Positions 23,955 to 35,192 of a DNA stretch of 47,861 bases are shown here, piece by piece (position 1 is the first letter of the stretch; each line of letters opens with the position of its first letter). The stretch is from Chiloscyllium plagiosum. Its lineage: Eukaryota. The notes below the pieces were generated by a model, which was given only the letters and a program-made list of their open reading frames with translations, had not been told where the DNA came from and made no database searches. Both the position numbers and the translations under genes were made by a program. The DNA is taken from NCBI RefSeq assembly GCF_004010195.1, contig NC_057718.1:45868322-45916182 (forward strand), given 5' to 3'.

Positions 23955-24092
23955 AAAAAAAACAAAAGAACCATGGATGCTGTAAATTAGAAACAAAAAC
24001 AGAAATTGCTGGAAAACCTCAGCAGCCTGGTAGTATTTGTGGAGAAAAATCAGACTTAACGTTTCAGGTCTAGTGACTCTTCTTCAGAACTG
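23955..24092 (-). mobile_element. Single Penelope terminus, family B, with hammerhead core
   Basis: Minus strand AGTT-CTGAAGA-A-GAGTC acta GACCT-GAAA-CGTT-AAGT, followed by ..TTTCCAGCAATTTCTGTTTTTG. Confidence 0.75.
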
Positions 24093-24122
24093 AACTTATT
24101 AGATAGCTGTAATTCAATTTCA

Positions 24123-25060
24123 AATCATTACCTTTGAGGTATTGGAAAGACTTTGGAAAAATGGGGTGAAAGTTGCTCATGGGAAAATACTCAGTCTATG
24201 AGCCACCATTGTAGCTACATTATTTAAGCAGCTAGTCATTTTAGTTTTTGGTCAATAGTTCACAATGCCAACTATATATGCAGCAAACTAATGGCTGGGG
24301 TTGTAGTGTTAATAGCTGAGTGACATGAGCTTGAGAATTATTTCTGTTGGTTTTAAGTAATTTAGTTAAAATATTATATAGTGTAGTGTGGATATGGACT
24401 AGGGGTTTGAGAACAGATTCACAATTCTATCTTCCAGTTTTTCCTATGATTATTCATTTTCTGGACAAGGCTACATTTTAAGCTCTGCAGCAGTTATTGT
24501 CCAGTCCTGGATGCTCTCCAAATGTGGTGGTGAACCAACCTCCAAAACCATTGAGGTTTAGATAATGAACATAACCCAATGTATTGTTAGACAGGGAGTT
24601 CCTGTGTTTTGATCCAGCAATTATGAAAGAATGATAAATGTCCAAGTTACAATGATGCGTGACTCAGGTGGGAACAAGAAAATGATGGTGTTCCAAATGC
24701 CTGTTGCCCATTTCCTTCCAGGTGAAAGAGGTTGCAGATTTGGAAGATGGTGCCAAAATATTCTTGGTAAATTATTACAGTGGGGACTGAATTCTTAGCA
24801 TTGATAATGAAGGGCCACTGAGACAGATTACTTTGTCTCAGTTGGAATCAGGCTTCTGGAGCAATTATGGAGTGGCACCCATCCAGGAAAGGAGATAGTA
24901 TTTCATCATAGTTCCAATCATTACCTTTGAGGTATTGGAAAGACTTTGGAAAAATGGGGTGAAAGTTGCTCATGGGAAAATACTCAGTCTATGAGCCACC
25001 ATTGTAGCTACATTATTTAAGCAGCTAGTCATTTTAGTTTTTGGTCAATAGTTCACAATG
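24123..25060 (+). repeat. Exact 145-bp direct repeat (24123-24267 and 24916-25060)
   Basis: AATCATTACCTTTGAGG...ATAGTTCACAATG is present twice with no visible mismatch. Confidence 0.95.
24470..24782 (-). mobile_element. Old CR1-like LINE 3' end
   Basis: Similar to 9770-10060 (GTGGTGGTGAAC.., CAGGGAGTTCC..TTTTGATCCAGC, TCCAAGT, GATGGTGTTCC). Confidence 0.6.
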
Positions 25061-25419
25061 TCAATAGTGGATGATTCATCAGTGATGCCATTAGCCCTGT
25101 TTCTGAAGTGGCACATTTGGGAGAGTCTATCTACTGTTGAATGTGATTGGATATCATCTCCAGTTTGTGTGCAATAAGTCTGTTATACCCATCAAAAAAC
25201 AATAGAGTGACCTTGTTGATCGCAGGAAATATTGTATTATCACAACTCAGATCATTAGCTGCTCTGAAATACAGTACCATAAGGAAACATTGAAACCATG
25301 AGACCTCATATTGGAGATGTGGGCAGTAAGTGAATAAATGATGTCTTTACTGAGACAGCTCCTTAGCTGATCTTAATGACTAAGCCAAGAGTCATATAAC
25401 GTGTTCTTTCACCTTGTAA

Positions 25420-25537
25420 TATTTCTTAATGAACCTGCTCAGAAATATTTTGCCAAAGCTTTGGAGCATGTTGGATTTGAACTGGCACCTCCTGACCCGG
25501 AGGGAAGGACACTACCAATGCACCACGAAACCCCTTT
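25420..25537 (-). mobile_element. ~115 bp tRNA-derived mini-SINE (same family as 17245-17366)
   Basis: Minus strand GGGGTTTCGTGGTGCATTGGTAG..GTTCAAATCC..CTGAGCAGGTT. TSD TTCACCTTGTA at 25408-25418 and 25540-25550. Confidence 0.75.
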
Positions 25538-26689
25538 CATTCACCTTGTATTCTTGGCCCTTGAAATTATTATGGGCTATCAAATGTTGTGAATCTTGAC
25601 AAAAATAATTCAGAAAAGTAGGGTGAGATTAGTAGTGATCATTTATGCCCTATTAGCATGCAATAGCAGCTCATTATTAGTTAATCCAACCACATTTATA
25701 TGAAATTTCCTAATCCTCCACCTGCCAGATAGAAACTAGGCATCAACATGAAAGTCAGACCTGGTGACTCCAGCTCACCGCTTGCTCCTCTAATCTTCCA
25801 ACTTGACACCAGCCACCAACATCTTAGGGCATGCTCCATGAGCAGTGACTGCATGCACTCAATATCCATGGACATTAGCATCAGACATCTATCAGCCTCA
25901 CTACATCATCATGGCACATCTCTTAACTACTACCAATATGGTTCTGCATTTCAATGCTGCACTTTGGAGCACAGTGTCACCTCTCAGTCAAAGGTTATTG
26001 TAACAACAAGCACCCAACTCATGGACTGGGTGAGGCTACATCTCAGGGTTCCTTGCTTGCTCTCTTAGTGCTCACTCACTTTTCAGCTACTCTGATGCTA
26101 ACAGTGTTTCTGTATTGCCTTGACTTGTCTGTTCGTGCTTTTCCCCCTCAGTCAGATCTTAAATGCTCTCTGTCATACTTTGCTATTTAGTGCAGGAACA
26201 AAATCACACAGCGTGTCTTGGTTGTTCAGCGGTCATCAGGTAAGAGGTTGGACATATTGCTGTGTGTCACTGTGCTATGTTTATTTCATACCTGCACCAT
26301 GTGTCAGCAGCTTAGATGGTAAACACACTGCACGCGCATCAAACCAAAAGACCATGTCTCATAGGCTAAGGAGAATAGTCATCAGCCAGGTCACTCACTC
26401 ACTTCAGAAAGTTCAATCAAGAGGTCCCACATTAATTCAAGAACTGCTTCCAATGTCAGTTTAGAGATTTGGGGACTGTCAGTCAACCACTTGGAAATGT
26501 CATGGTCAGAAAGTCCATACTTCTGCAGACCAGGAAGTAGGCCATGGTCAGCCCAAGGTGTCCTATGCAACAAGACTGGTGAGTCAAGGTAAGTCAGTGG
26601 GGGAACTGCACAGAGATCATGTTCTCCTTTTTTCTCAATCCAGGAGTCCCCCACCCCAATATATTCGACAAAACCTTCAAACATGTCTG

Positions 26690-27112
26690 ATCCATTCCCC
26701 TCATTTCTGTTCTCACTCCTTCCCCTCCCTTTTGTCCTTGCTTTCGATTTCACCAGTCTCCACTTTTAAAACATCATCCTCTGCCATTCCCAAAAACTCT
26801 AACAAGATGCCACAACCAAAAATGTCTTACCCTCCCCTCCAAATCATCCTTCTGCAAGGACTGTTCCCTCCATGACATCCAGTCCACTCTGCTATCACTC
26901 CTTACACTTCCTCGCTCCCCCTTCTATGGCACCTATATGTAAACGTTCCCTTTAACTTCCTACCTTTTTATTGTTTGAGGCTGCAAACACACCTTCAAGG
27001 ATTTCACAGCATTTAATGGTATGTTTTTCAATCTGTTCAACTTGAAATATTAACCGTTTCTTTCTCTGCAGATGCTGCCAGAGTTTCTCCAGCATTTTCT
27101 GTTTTATTACAG
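26690..27112 (+). mobile_element. Degenerate Penelope fragment (post-RT linker) plus terminus
   Basis: CATCATCCTCTGCCATT..GATGCCACAACCAAA..CTTCTGCAAGGACTGTTCCCTCCATGAC parallels 32880-32980; ends CAGATGCTGCCAGA..CCAGCATTTTCTG. Confidence 0.6.
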
Positions 27113-27577
27113 CAAACTAACTGGCTTCTGTGCATGCAGTTTGATAACCCACAGCAGGCTAACTGCCTGAAAGAATTACAATATTGAATACACACAACAT
27201 ATTTAATGGTGACTTCATTTACAGGCATGATACACACAATGCATTGGGTAAATTCTATGTGTAAGATTTTCAGTAAGTTAGCCCATTTTTAAGGCATCAC
27301 TTCAAACCGAAGCCTGAGCTGTTGTTAAACATTTTGAGCTGCATCTTTGGCATTTTTTTATTATGGAGCAAGTTTCCAGGTTTTAATCTAAAATTGCTTT
27401 TTTATTGCAGATCACAATGCTTTCACCAGTCATCTATATTGTTTAGTTGTTGATAATACAATGGCTCCTAGTATCTGTGGGAAGTCATACTTAATCATAA
27501 TTGTCAAGGAGAATTTTCATTGGTAAGTGTAGTCATTAGCTCTGAAATTTGTACAAAGTCTCAACAAAAATATTTTA

Positions 27578-27719
27578 AAGTTAAAACAAACTCTGGTGGC
27601 TCACTCTGCAACAGTTCATATTTCTCCACTAAAAATAATTAACGTCCAAGTTAAAACAAACTCTGGTGGCTCACTCTGCAACAGTTCATATTTCTCCACT
27701 AAAAATAATTAATGTCCAA
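27578..27719 (+). repeat. Tandem duplication, 70-bp unit x2
   Basis: AAGTTAAAACAAACTCTGGTGG...AATTAA(C/T)GTCC repeated with one mismatch. Confidence 0.95.
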
Positions 27720-28793
27720 ACTATTTGTGTTTGTTACAAATTAACCTTGTCATTGGGGAATTGTTGTATATGTTGAAGTAACGTGCATGGTTCCCTGTCT
27801 CTCATAATGTAAAAATACAGCTTTGTATACAACACCGTTTTTGTGGTATATATATCGCATTCAAATGTTTTGTTTGCATTTCTTCCCTTTCTTTCTCCTC
27901 CTTATATTATCTCTCATTTTTGATTATTACATGTAATTAGTAATGTAATATTGACTGAATTTTCTCTGCTACATGCTCATATATAGGTACGTTCGTGCAT
28001 TTTTAATATTTTTGTTTATATTTGTACAAAGAGTTTGCAAAGTACTGGTTTCTTCAGTTATGCAGATGATTACTGTAGTAAGAGTATCGCGAGTCTAATA
28101 TCTATGAAAGATACTTAGGCTTTTTCTCATTACCTTTTATTGTCATTACTCTGCTGCAATATTGTAGCACTTGTGATACCTTGTGATTTCTTTTCTGCTT
28201 GTAAGTGTTTCCTGTCAGTAGTGCACATATGAAACTAGCTTTGTTCACAATACAAGAGAAGGTGGACCTGCTTAAATGCATGAGTCATGAGAATTGGTAA
28301 ACTGCCTCCAAATATGAAGTATAATGGAGATATAAATAAACTGAAGAAGAAATTTTGAAAGTTCAAACTGTAAATGACAAGGAGTGGGTTTGATTGTTCA
28401 AATATGCATTCTTATTAAATACTTCTGTGTTCTTAGTATTCAACACAGTGCTCAGTATGTCACAATATAATGTCAATCTACTCCTATATTTTCACGCTTC
28501 AGCTAACTCTTGTTCACATAACAATCATTTATCATTTCCAACTTGTTCTTTAGTTACAAGAGGTCTGAAAATACATGTGGCCTCCCCACCCCCAGTTTTA
28601 ACCTCCACAATATTGGCCACTCACGCCCCTACCTCTCTCCTTATCGACTTCTTTCCTTCCACCCTCATCAATTCAAAAACCAGTTTCATAAATTCTCTTC
28701 TCACTAATCCCCTCCCCCTCACCACAACCACCTCCACACATCAGACCTATCCATCACAATGTGTGCGTAAAACCCATGCAAAGGCATGCAGAA

Positions 28794-29053
28794 TCACTAC
28801 GGCAGTCTTCTCCCAAATTCACTGACTCCTATATCAGCTATGTCAACTGTCAGATCTTAGCATTCAACCACACAACCCAAGTCACATCCCTTATTTCTCT
28901 GACTACTGATTACTGTATCTCCTCACTACGGCAGTCTTCTCCCAAATTCACTGACTCCTATATCACAGCTATGTCAACTGTCAGATCTTAGCATTCAACC
29001 ACACAACCCAAGTCACATCCCTCATTTCTCTGACTACTGATTACTGTATCTCC
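28794..29053 (+). repeat. Tandem duplication, ~129-bp unit x2
   Basis: TCACTACGGCAGTCTTCTCCC...TACTGTATCTCC repeated; the copies differ by a 2-bp indel and one substitution. Confidence 0.95.
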
Positions 29054-29426
29054 TCTACTATCTCCGTTTTACATTTGCAACTGGTCTTTGCATGATTATG
29101 CACGTCTGCTGGAACACCTTTCCTTGTGTCTTTCTTGCTGTCAAGAGGTGTCCACATTGTCCCTCTAAAATGCTATGCATTATTCTTTCTTATGCAAGGA
29201 ATATGAACTATATGAAATATAAACATATTTAACAATTAAGAACTCATAGAGTAAGATATAAAGAAGTAGACAAAACTAAACCAATACAAGTACTTTTAAA
29301 CCACATGTAATCAGCATAGTTACTTTCTTAAAAGCTGTAAAATTGAAGAAAACTAATGTACCAACAGCAAAACTCTAGAGATAGATCCACTGTATCTCAA
29401 ACCAGTTGTGTTCAGTGTGTTTGAAA

Positions 29427-29548
29427 GCAGAAGCTGGCTGTTCACTGGTAAACAAAACAGAAGTTGTATGAAATAAGCTTGTTCCATTTTGTTGGATTAC
29501 GTTGAAGGCAGTGAATGTTTTGTTTACCAGTGAACAGCCAGCTTCTGC
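29427..29548. repeat. Perfect 33-bp inverted repeat with 56-nt spacer
   Basis: GCAGAAGCTGGCTGTTCACTGGTAAACAAAACA (29427-29459) and its exact reverse complement (29516-29548). Confidence 0.95.
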
Positions 29549-30099
29549 AAACGATTCACATAATATAAAACAAAGTGTGATTGCTGCACCTGATTGAAAC
29601 TGCAGTGATATTGGTTTTAATTTTACTACATGTTAAAAAGAAATGCCATTCTCTGCATATATATTATAAAAGACAAATTACTCACAATTCATGTCTATCT
29701 GTTTCTGGAGTACTTAATTGATGTTGCTGTTAATTCAGTCAAACATTGGAGCATTTGTTTTATGTAACCAATATTATAATTGTTTACAGGCTGCTATGTT
29801 TTGATTTTTTTTGGCAAATTTTCAATAATTCTGTACTGCAAATTTGCTGAACTACAATGGCACATCAGACCAATGTCAAATATATCTGATCATGTTGAAG
29901 CTGCACTTCTTTATTAGAAGTGCTCATTTTTATTCAAATACATATGAGAGGTGATTTTTTTTTTCTGTGTTTTTTTGGTCATGCATTTTTGGTTAATATT
30001 TTCTGATTTGTGATAGTTATGTGAACAGGTGTTAAAGCCAACACTCTATTATTTAATCTCTCACTGATTTTGCGATGCACAATTGCCGAACATAAAGCA

Positions 30100-30603
30100 G
30101 AACATAGAGTCATAGAGATGTACAACACAGAAACAGACCCTTCGGTCCAACCCGTTCATGCCGACCAGATATCCCAATCCAATCTAGTCCCACCTGTCAG
30201 CACCTGGCCCATATCCCTCCAAACCCTTCCTATTCATATTCCCACCCAAATGTCTTTTAAATGTTGCAATTGTAACAGCCTCCACCACTTCCTCTGGCAG
30301 CTCATTCCATACATGTACCACCCTCTGCGTGAAACAGTTGCCCTGTAGGTCTCTTTTATATCTTTCCCTTCTCACCCTAAACCTATGCCCTCTAGTTCTG
30401 GACTCCCCCACCACAGGGAAAAGACTTTGTCTATTTATCCTATCCATGTCCCTCCTTTGTTCAGCAACACTCCCTAGGACCTTACCATTAAGTGTATAAG
30501 TCCTGCTAAGATTTGCTTTCCCAAAATGCAGCACCTCGCATTTATCCGAATTAAACTCCATCTGCCACTTCTCAGCCCATTGGCCCATCTGGTCAAGATC
30601 CAT
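30100..30603 (-). mobile_element. CR1 LINE 3' end with internal deletion
   Basis: ORF 30184-30603 joins WAEKWQMEFNSDKCEVLHFG..EQR directly to DMDRINRQSLFP..TRGH..WNELP, skipping the usual intervening region; CATAGAGTCATAGAG tail. Confidence 0.9.
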
Positions 30604-30604
30604 T

Positions 30605-30691
30605 CTGAAAAGAAAACAGTAGATCTGACAGCATCTGCAGAGAAAGAATCAGCATTAATATTTCAAATCAAATAGAAATCTTCTTCAGAAT
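30605..30691 (-). mobile_element. Degenerate Penelope terminus, family B
   Basis: GATCTGACAGCATCTGCAGAGA..TTAATATTTC..TCTTCTTCAGAA. Confidence 0.6.
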
Positions 30692-32109
30692 CGTGCTTAA
30701 CTTCACAGATCACTGCCTTGCAACTCACTCCAAAAGGGTACAATGAATTCTTCCAAAGTTTGCAGATTGTGTCACTAATCTATACTTTAAGATGATTTTG
30801 GTGCCAGTAAGCTGATGGCTACAAGTGTACAAGATAGTACTTGATCATCATTCTTTTCTTGGTTTTCTTTCTCTGCTTGGCCAGTTTTAACCGCTTGGAT
30901 ACCTGAAAGTGGTGTATTAAGCAAGGGACAGTTCAAGAGGTGCTTGCTAGCATCATCTGCACCCCATAAATCAGAATAGATAGTGTTACTGAAGGAGAGA
31001 TGGCTATGAGGAAGAGGCTTAGAGATGAGGATTGGTTTGATGGTTCAGTTTCTGCTTGGACCAGGATTTCTCTACTATGAAGACAGAATGACTACTGCCT
31101 GGTAATTGGGGATAGATGTACAGGATGCTAGATAATGTGAACATCGATGAAATCATAGTCCTTGTAGTTCATGAAGGCATATCTTCTGTTTGCTGTGGCT
31201 TTTGAGCCATGTGATTGCTAGTAATAATGTTACAAGATGCAGGTAAGCCCATTCTCTCATATTGTTGACCTAGACCAGTGGGAAAGGAAATCATTTCCTT
31301 ATCTTCATGCAGATTGTAGAGTTACGTTGCATTGAACTGCACCAGTTTACTCCTTGAATGGTTGAATCAACGTTAAAGAGTTATGATAAGTGTGAGATTT
31401 GTGACTTTGATGTATTTGGAAGTCCTGGTCATCTTCAAAATAATATATATTGTATAGAGTAAGGTTTCCATATTACAAATAACCAAGAATGGACCTGCTG
31501 AAATGGAAATTTTGCAACAAGCTTATTCAATGGCAAAGCAAACTTGAGGGACCTTATGCCTCGATTTCTTTGTGTTCATTTCTTCTTTTGAAACTCCAAC
31601 AGTTGTCACAAACTGTCTGGAGAGTCAAGGTATGATTTTAATTTCTATGACATTGAAACAGACTGTTCAACCCAACCACCTAGTGTTGGTGTTAATCCTC
31701 CAGATGAGCAGTAATCCTCATACCATGTAGTTGCATCAATCCCTTATCCTTTATCAGCTCTCAGTTTTTTAATGATATCTCTTTTTAATTAGGAACTTCA
31801 GCAAAAACATTCCACTGCCTCTTTGTAAATCAGTTCTTTTGCTCTCTATCTTAAATCTCTTGCATTTAATTTTACATTGCTTTCCACCAAGTCTGAACCC
31901 CCACAGAATTGCCAAAACAAAAATAATATCAATTGTCCTTTATTTTGGACTCAAAAAATTGATTTGAAAAAGGCAGCAATCTAATTTCAGTTTATGCTTA
32001 GTGATTTATAATGACAACTTTATTAAGTTCACAAAGTTGACTTTATATGTCTGCCTTGATCTGGCACACATAAGTACTCCTCTGATCTTAAATTAAAGCA
32101 ATGGGTTCA

Positions 32110-34408
32110 CTGTGAAAAGATGCTTCTTCTGACTGAATTTCCAGTTTGTGGTACCGGCCACCACCTCTTCATCATGGATGTGCGATCTCACAGGTCTGTC
32201 CCCCATCCGGGAGGTCTCATTTCTTCCTGGGTAAAAGGTCTGAACTGTCCCCGTCCAACACCATCCTCCCTGCCAGACCAAACTCATTCTCACTTTGAAC
32301 AAATTCTCCTTTAACTCCTGTCACTTTCTTCAAATCTAGGTGTGACCATAGGCACCCACATGGGCCCCAGTAATGTCTGTCGCTTTATGGGAAATGTGGA
32401 AACATTCCTTGTTCCAGTCCTACTCCGATCCTTCCCACAACTCTCACTCTGGTATATTGATTACTTCCCCCTCTTGTCCAGAATTGGGAAAATTTATCAA
32501 TTTCACTTCCAATTTCTGCCCTACTCTCACCTTTACCTAGCCCATCTCTAACTTCTCCCTTCCCTTCCTTGATATCTTTGCTTTTATTTCTGAGGATAGA
32601 TTGGCCATTGATATCCTTTATAACCCACAAGCTCCCAGACTATAACCTTCACATTCTGCCTCCTGTAAGGACTCCATTCCATTGTCCTAGCTTCTCCGTC
32701 TCTGTTCTGACAATAACTCTTTCCACAGGGAGCTTCAGAAATGTGCACCTTGTTCCTCAATCGAGGATTCCCTACCACCATGGCTGACAGGGCCCTCAGT
32801 CATTTCTGATCCATTTCATGCACTTCTGCCCTCACCCCTTCTCATTGATAGGGTCTCCCTGGTACTCACCTACCATCCCGCCAGTATCCACATTCAATGA
32901 ATCAGACGCATGTTCCCCGCCACTCCTTTGTCAGCCTTCTGCAGGGACCAGGTCATCCAGGATACTTTAGTGCAGTCCACCTCCACTTCCAAACCTGCCT
33001 ACACACCCCCAGCACCCTCCCATACGCTCACAGAGGCTGCCGGTTTACTTCTTCCCTCCTTACTATCCAAGGCCCCAGACATGTCTTCCAGGTGAAGCAG
33101 TGATTTACCTGAACTTCCCTCAATCTAATCTATTGTATTCGCTGCTCACAATGTGGTCCCCTCTACATTGGGAAGACAAAACATCTTGCGGAACACAAAT
33201 TTCCTATTCTCAAAAGTGACTGTGAGCTTCTGGCTGATGGCCACTTCAACGCACCACTATGTTCCCAGCTAAAATGTCTATCTCTGGCCTGCTGCAGTGT
33301 CACCCAGCACAAATTACAAGAACAGCATTTCCTTTTCCGTTTGCGAATCGTGTAGCCTTCAGGGCTCAATGTCGTGTTCAATAATTTTAAGGCCTAAACA
33401 CTTTCTTCCAAGTCCTTTCCCACTGCATACCTGAGACCCTCTCATCAAATGTGTTATGGACTAAGCCAGATCACTCAAAATATTTTTAAGCAGGCAGCCC
33501 CAGACTATAACTTTGCAATTTGTTTTGGTAAGTTTATAGTGAAAATTACCCAGATTAAGTTAGCTAGGTTTGACTACTAGATTTTAAAACAGACAAAACT
33601 TTATTCACAAAATTACACAATGAAACAAAATAAAGAACCCCTACAGAACTCAGCCTATCCAACTCGACTTAATTATGCTGTTTCAAATATACACAACAGT
33701 CCCAATAGCAAACTCTCTTTAAAACCAGTATAAATAGAACACATGCTTACAGGTTGAAGTTGAAGGGTAGAAAGAGAGAGTGAGTTTCCACACAGTTCCC
33801 TGCTGAACTTGTCAATTCAAGACTAAACTAAAAACTGCTCAGCTCAGCTAGAGAGCTGACCACTCCCCTTTCATTATATAGGTCACTTCTAAAACATGAC
33901 CACTTTGGCCTGAAGTGTCATCTGTTTACATATAAACAAAAGGCCTCTCAAAATCCTTTTAGTCTCTGTACCAAACCAGAGTGATAGGAGCCCGGCCCGG
34001 TTTATTGCCCCTCTGAAAAATAATTCAAGGACAGAGTCACCTTGAGCCAAGGAACAGCTTTTAGCAAAAAAAGGGACTAGTTTTGTTAAATGTGGACTGC
34101 TTTCAGCAGAGCCAAACCATTTTCTACTACTATAATCCCCATAAGCAGCTCCTCTTTCTCCTCGTGGTACCATTATTCATCCCCTTGTCTGCTTAACTGT
34201 CTCTCTCTCCCTCTGGCCCCATCTCCACCTTTAAGTACTCCTTTACTATTACCACCCCACCCCTCCCCCACCTGTCTTCAGCATATATATACACCATATA
34301 TACTAGCTACTACTAGTTCTGAAGAAGGGTCACTAGATCCAAAATATCAACTCTGCTTTGTCTCCACAGATGCTGCCAGACCTGCTGCGTTTCTCTAGAA
34401 ACGTCTGT
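32110..34408 (+). mobile_element. Decayed autonomous-type Penelope-like element (RT + GIY-YIG endonuclease + ribozyme-bearing terminus), split by an LTR
   Basis: GVTIGTHMGPSNVCRFMG (from 32339) and WYIDY RT motifs; PLSAFCRD linker; NLIYCIRCSQCGPLYIGKTK (33122-33181) GIY-YIG; terminus AGTT-CTGAAGA-A-GGGTC acta GATCC-aAAA-TATC-AACT (34315-34352). Confidence 0.88.
33452..34090 (-). mobile_element. Solo LTR (related to the LTR at 20473-21215)
   Basis: Begins TGTTATGGAC..CACTCAAAATATTTTTAAG..CCAGAC, the reverse complement of the LTR 3' end near 20910-20947/21199-21215. It interrupts the Penelope 3' region; possible TSD AATG. Confidence 0.65.
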
Positions 34409-35034
34409 TACTTTATACAAAAAGCTATGTTTTCATTGGTTCCATTCCCACTTGCATTAAATCTCTCCTTTCTCAAGGAATGGATCCTTTGTTTTCACGC
34501 TCTTCAAGTTCCATCATATGTATTCATTTTACTTATTTCTTCATTCTGGGCTATTATTCTGAATACTTTGTGTCATTCCCTTGTCTGTACTGTTGCTAGG
34601 TTCCTATTTTGCATTCAACAACATGGATTTTAAAAAGATAAAGGTGAAAAGTGCGGGTTTTAAAACACATACCAAGAATGCCCCAACACATTTTAAATGG
34701 CTAATTATTTGCACAATTAAACAAAACTGCTATTTTCAGTAATTTTTGTGATAATGTTTCCATTAGTGCAGTCAATGAAGCATCTGACCAAATCAGCTGT
34801 TACATGCAATGGATATTACACTGAGCTGTTTGGTGTAATTGGAGGGCAAAAGCATCCTACCCACTGTAAAAATACTGTTCAGGAGTTGTAAAAGAGCTTT
34901 GCATCTGATTTTGCAGTAGTTTACAGACAACTGATTATTTCATTGAGATGATACTCAACTCTTTTGGTCTCTCAAAAAAAAGCTAACTTTTTTTTATGAT
35001 TGCTTAACGGCATTAAACAGAGCTACTAACAGCA

Positions 35035-35192
35035 GCGGTTCAATTCCCACACCAACTGAGGTTACACTGAAGGACACTCCTTCTCAACCTCTCTCCTCGC
35101 CTGAGGCATGGTGACCTTCAGGTTAAACCACCTCCTTAAGTGAGCGAGCAACTCTATGATCTGCTGGGACTATGGTGACTTGACCTTACCTT
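35035..35192 (+). mobile_element. SINE fragment (B box onward)
   Basis: GGTTCAATTCCC..CTGAGG..CCTTCTCAACCTCTC..GGTTAAACCACC..GACTATGGTGACTT matches a repeat I recognise from shark DNA. Confidence 0.55.

Noticed and set aside
24123..25060. Direct repeats as LTRs of a TRIM-like element
   Set aside because: No TG..CA termini, PBS, PPT or TSD; the interior is old LINE debris.
28394..28825. 143-aa ORF in unique DNA
   Set aside because: Low-complexity S/T/P/L composition from a C/A-rich tract, non-ATG start and no domain motif.
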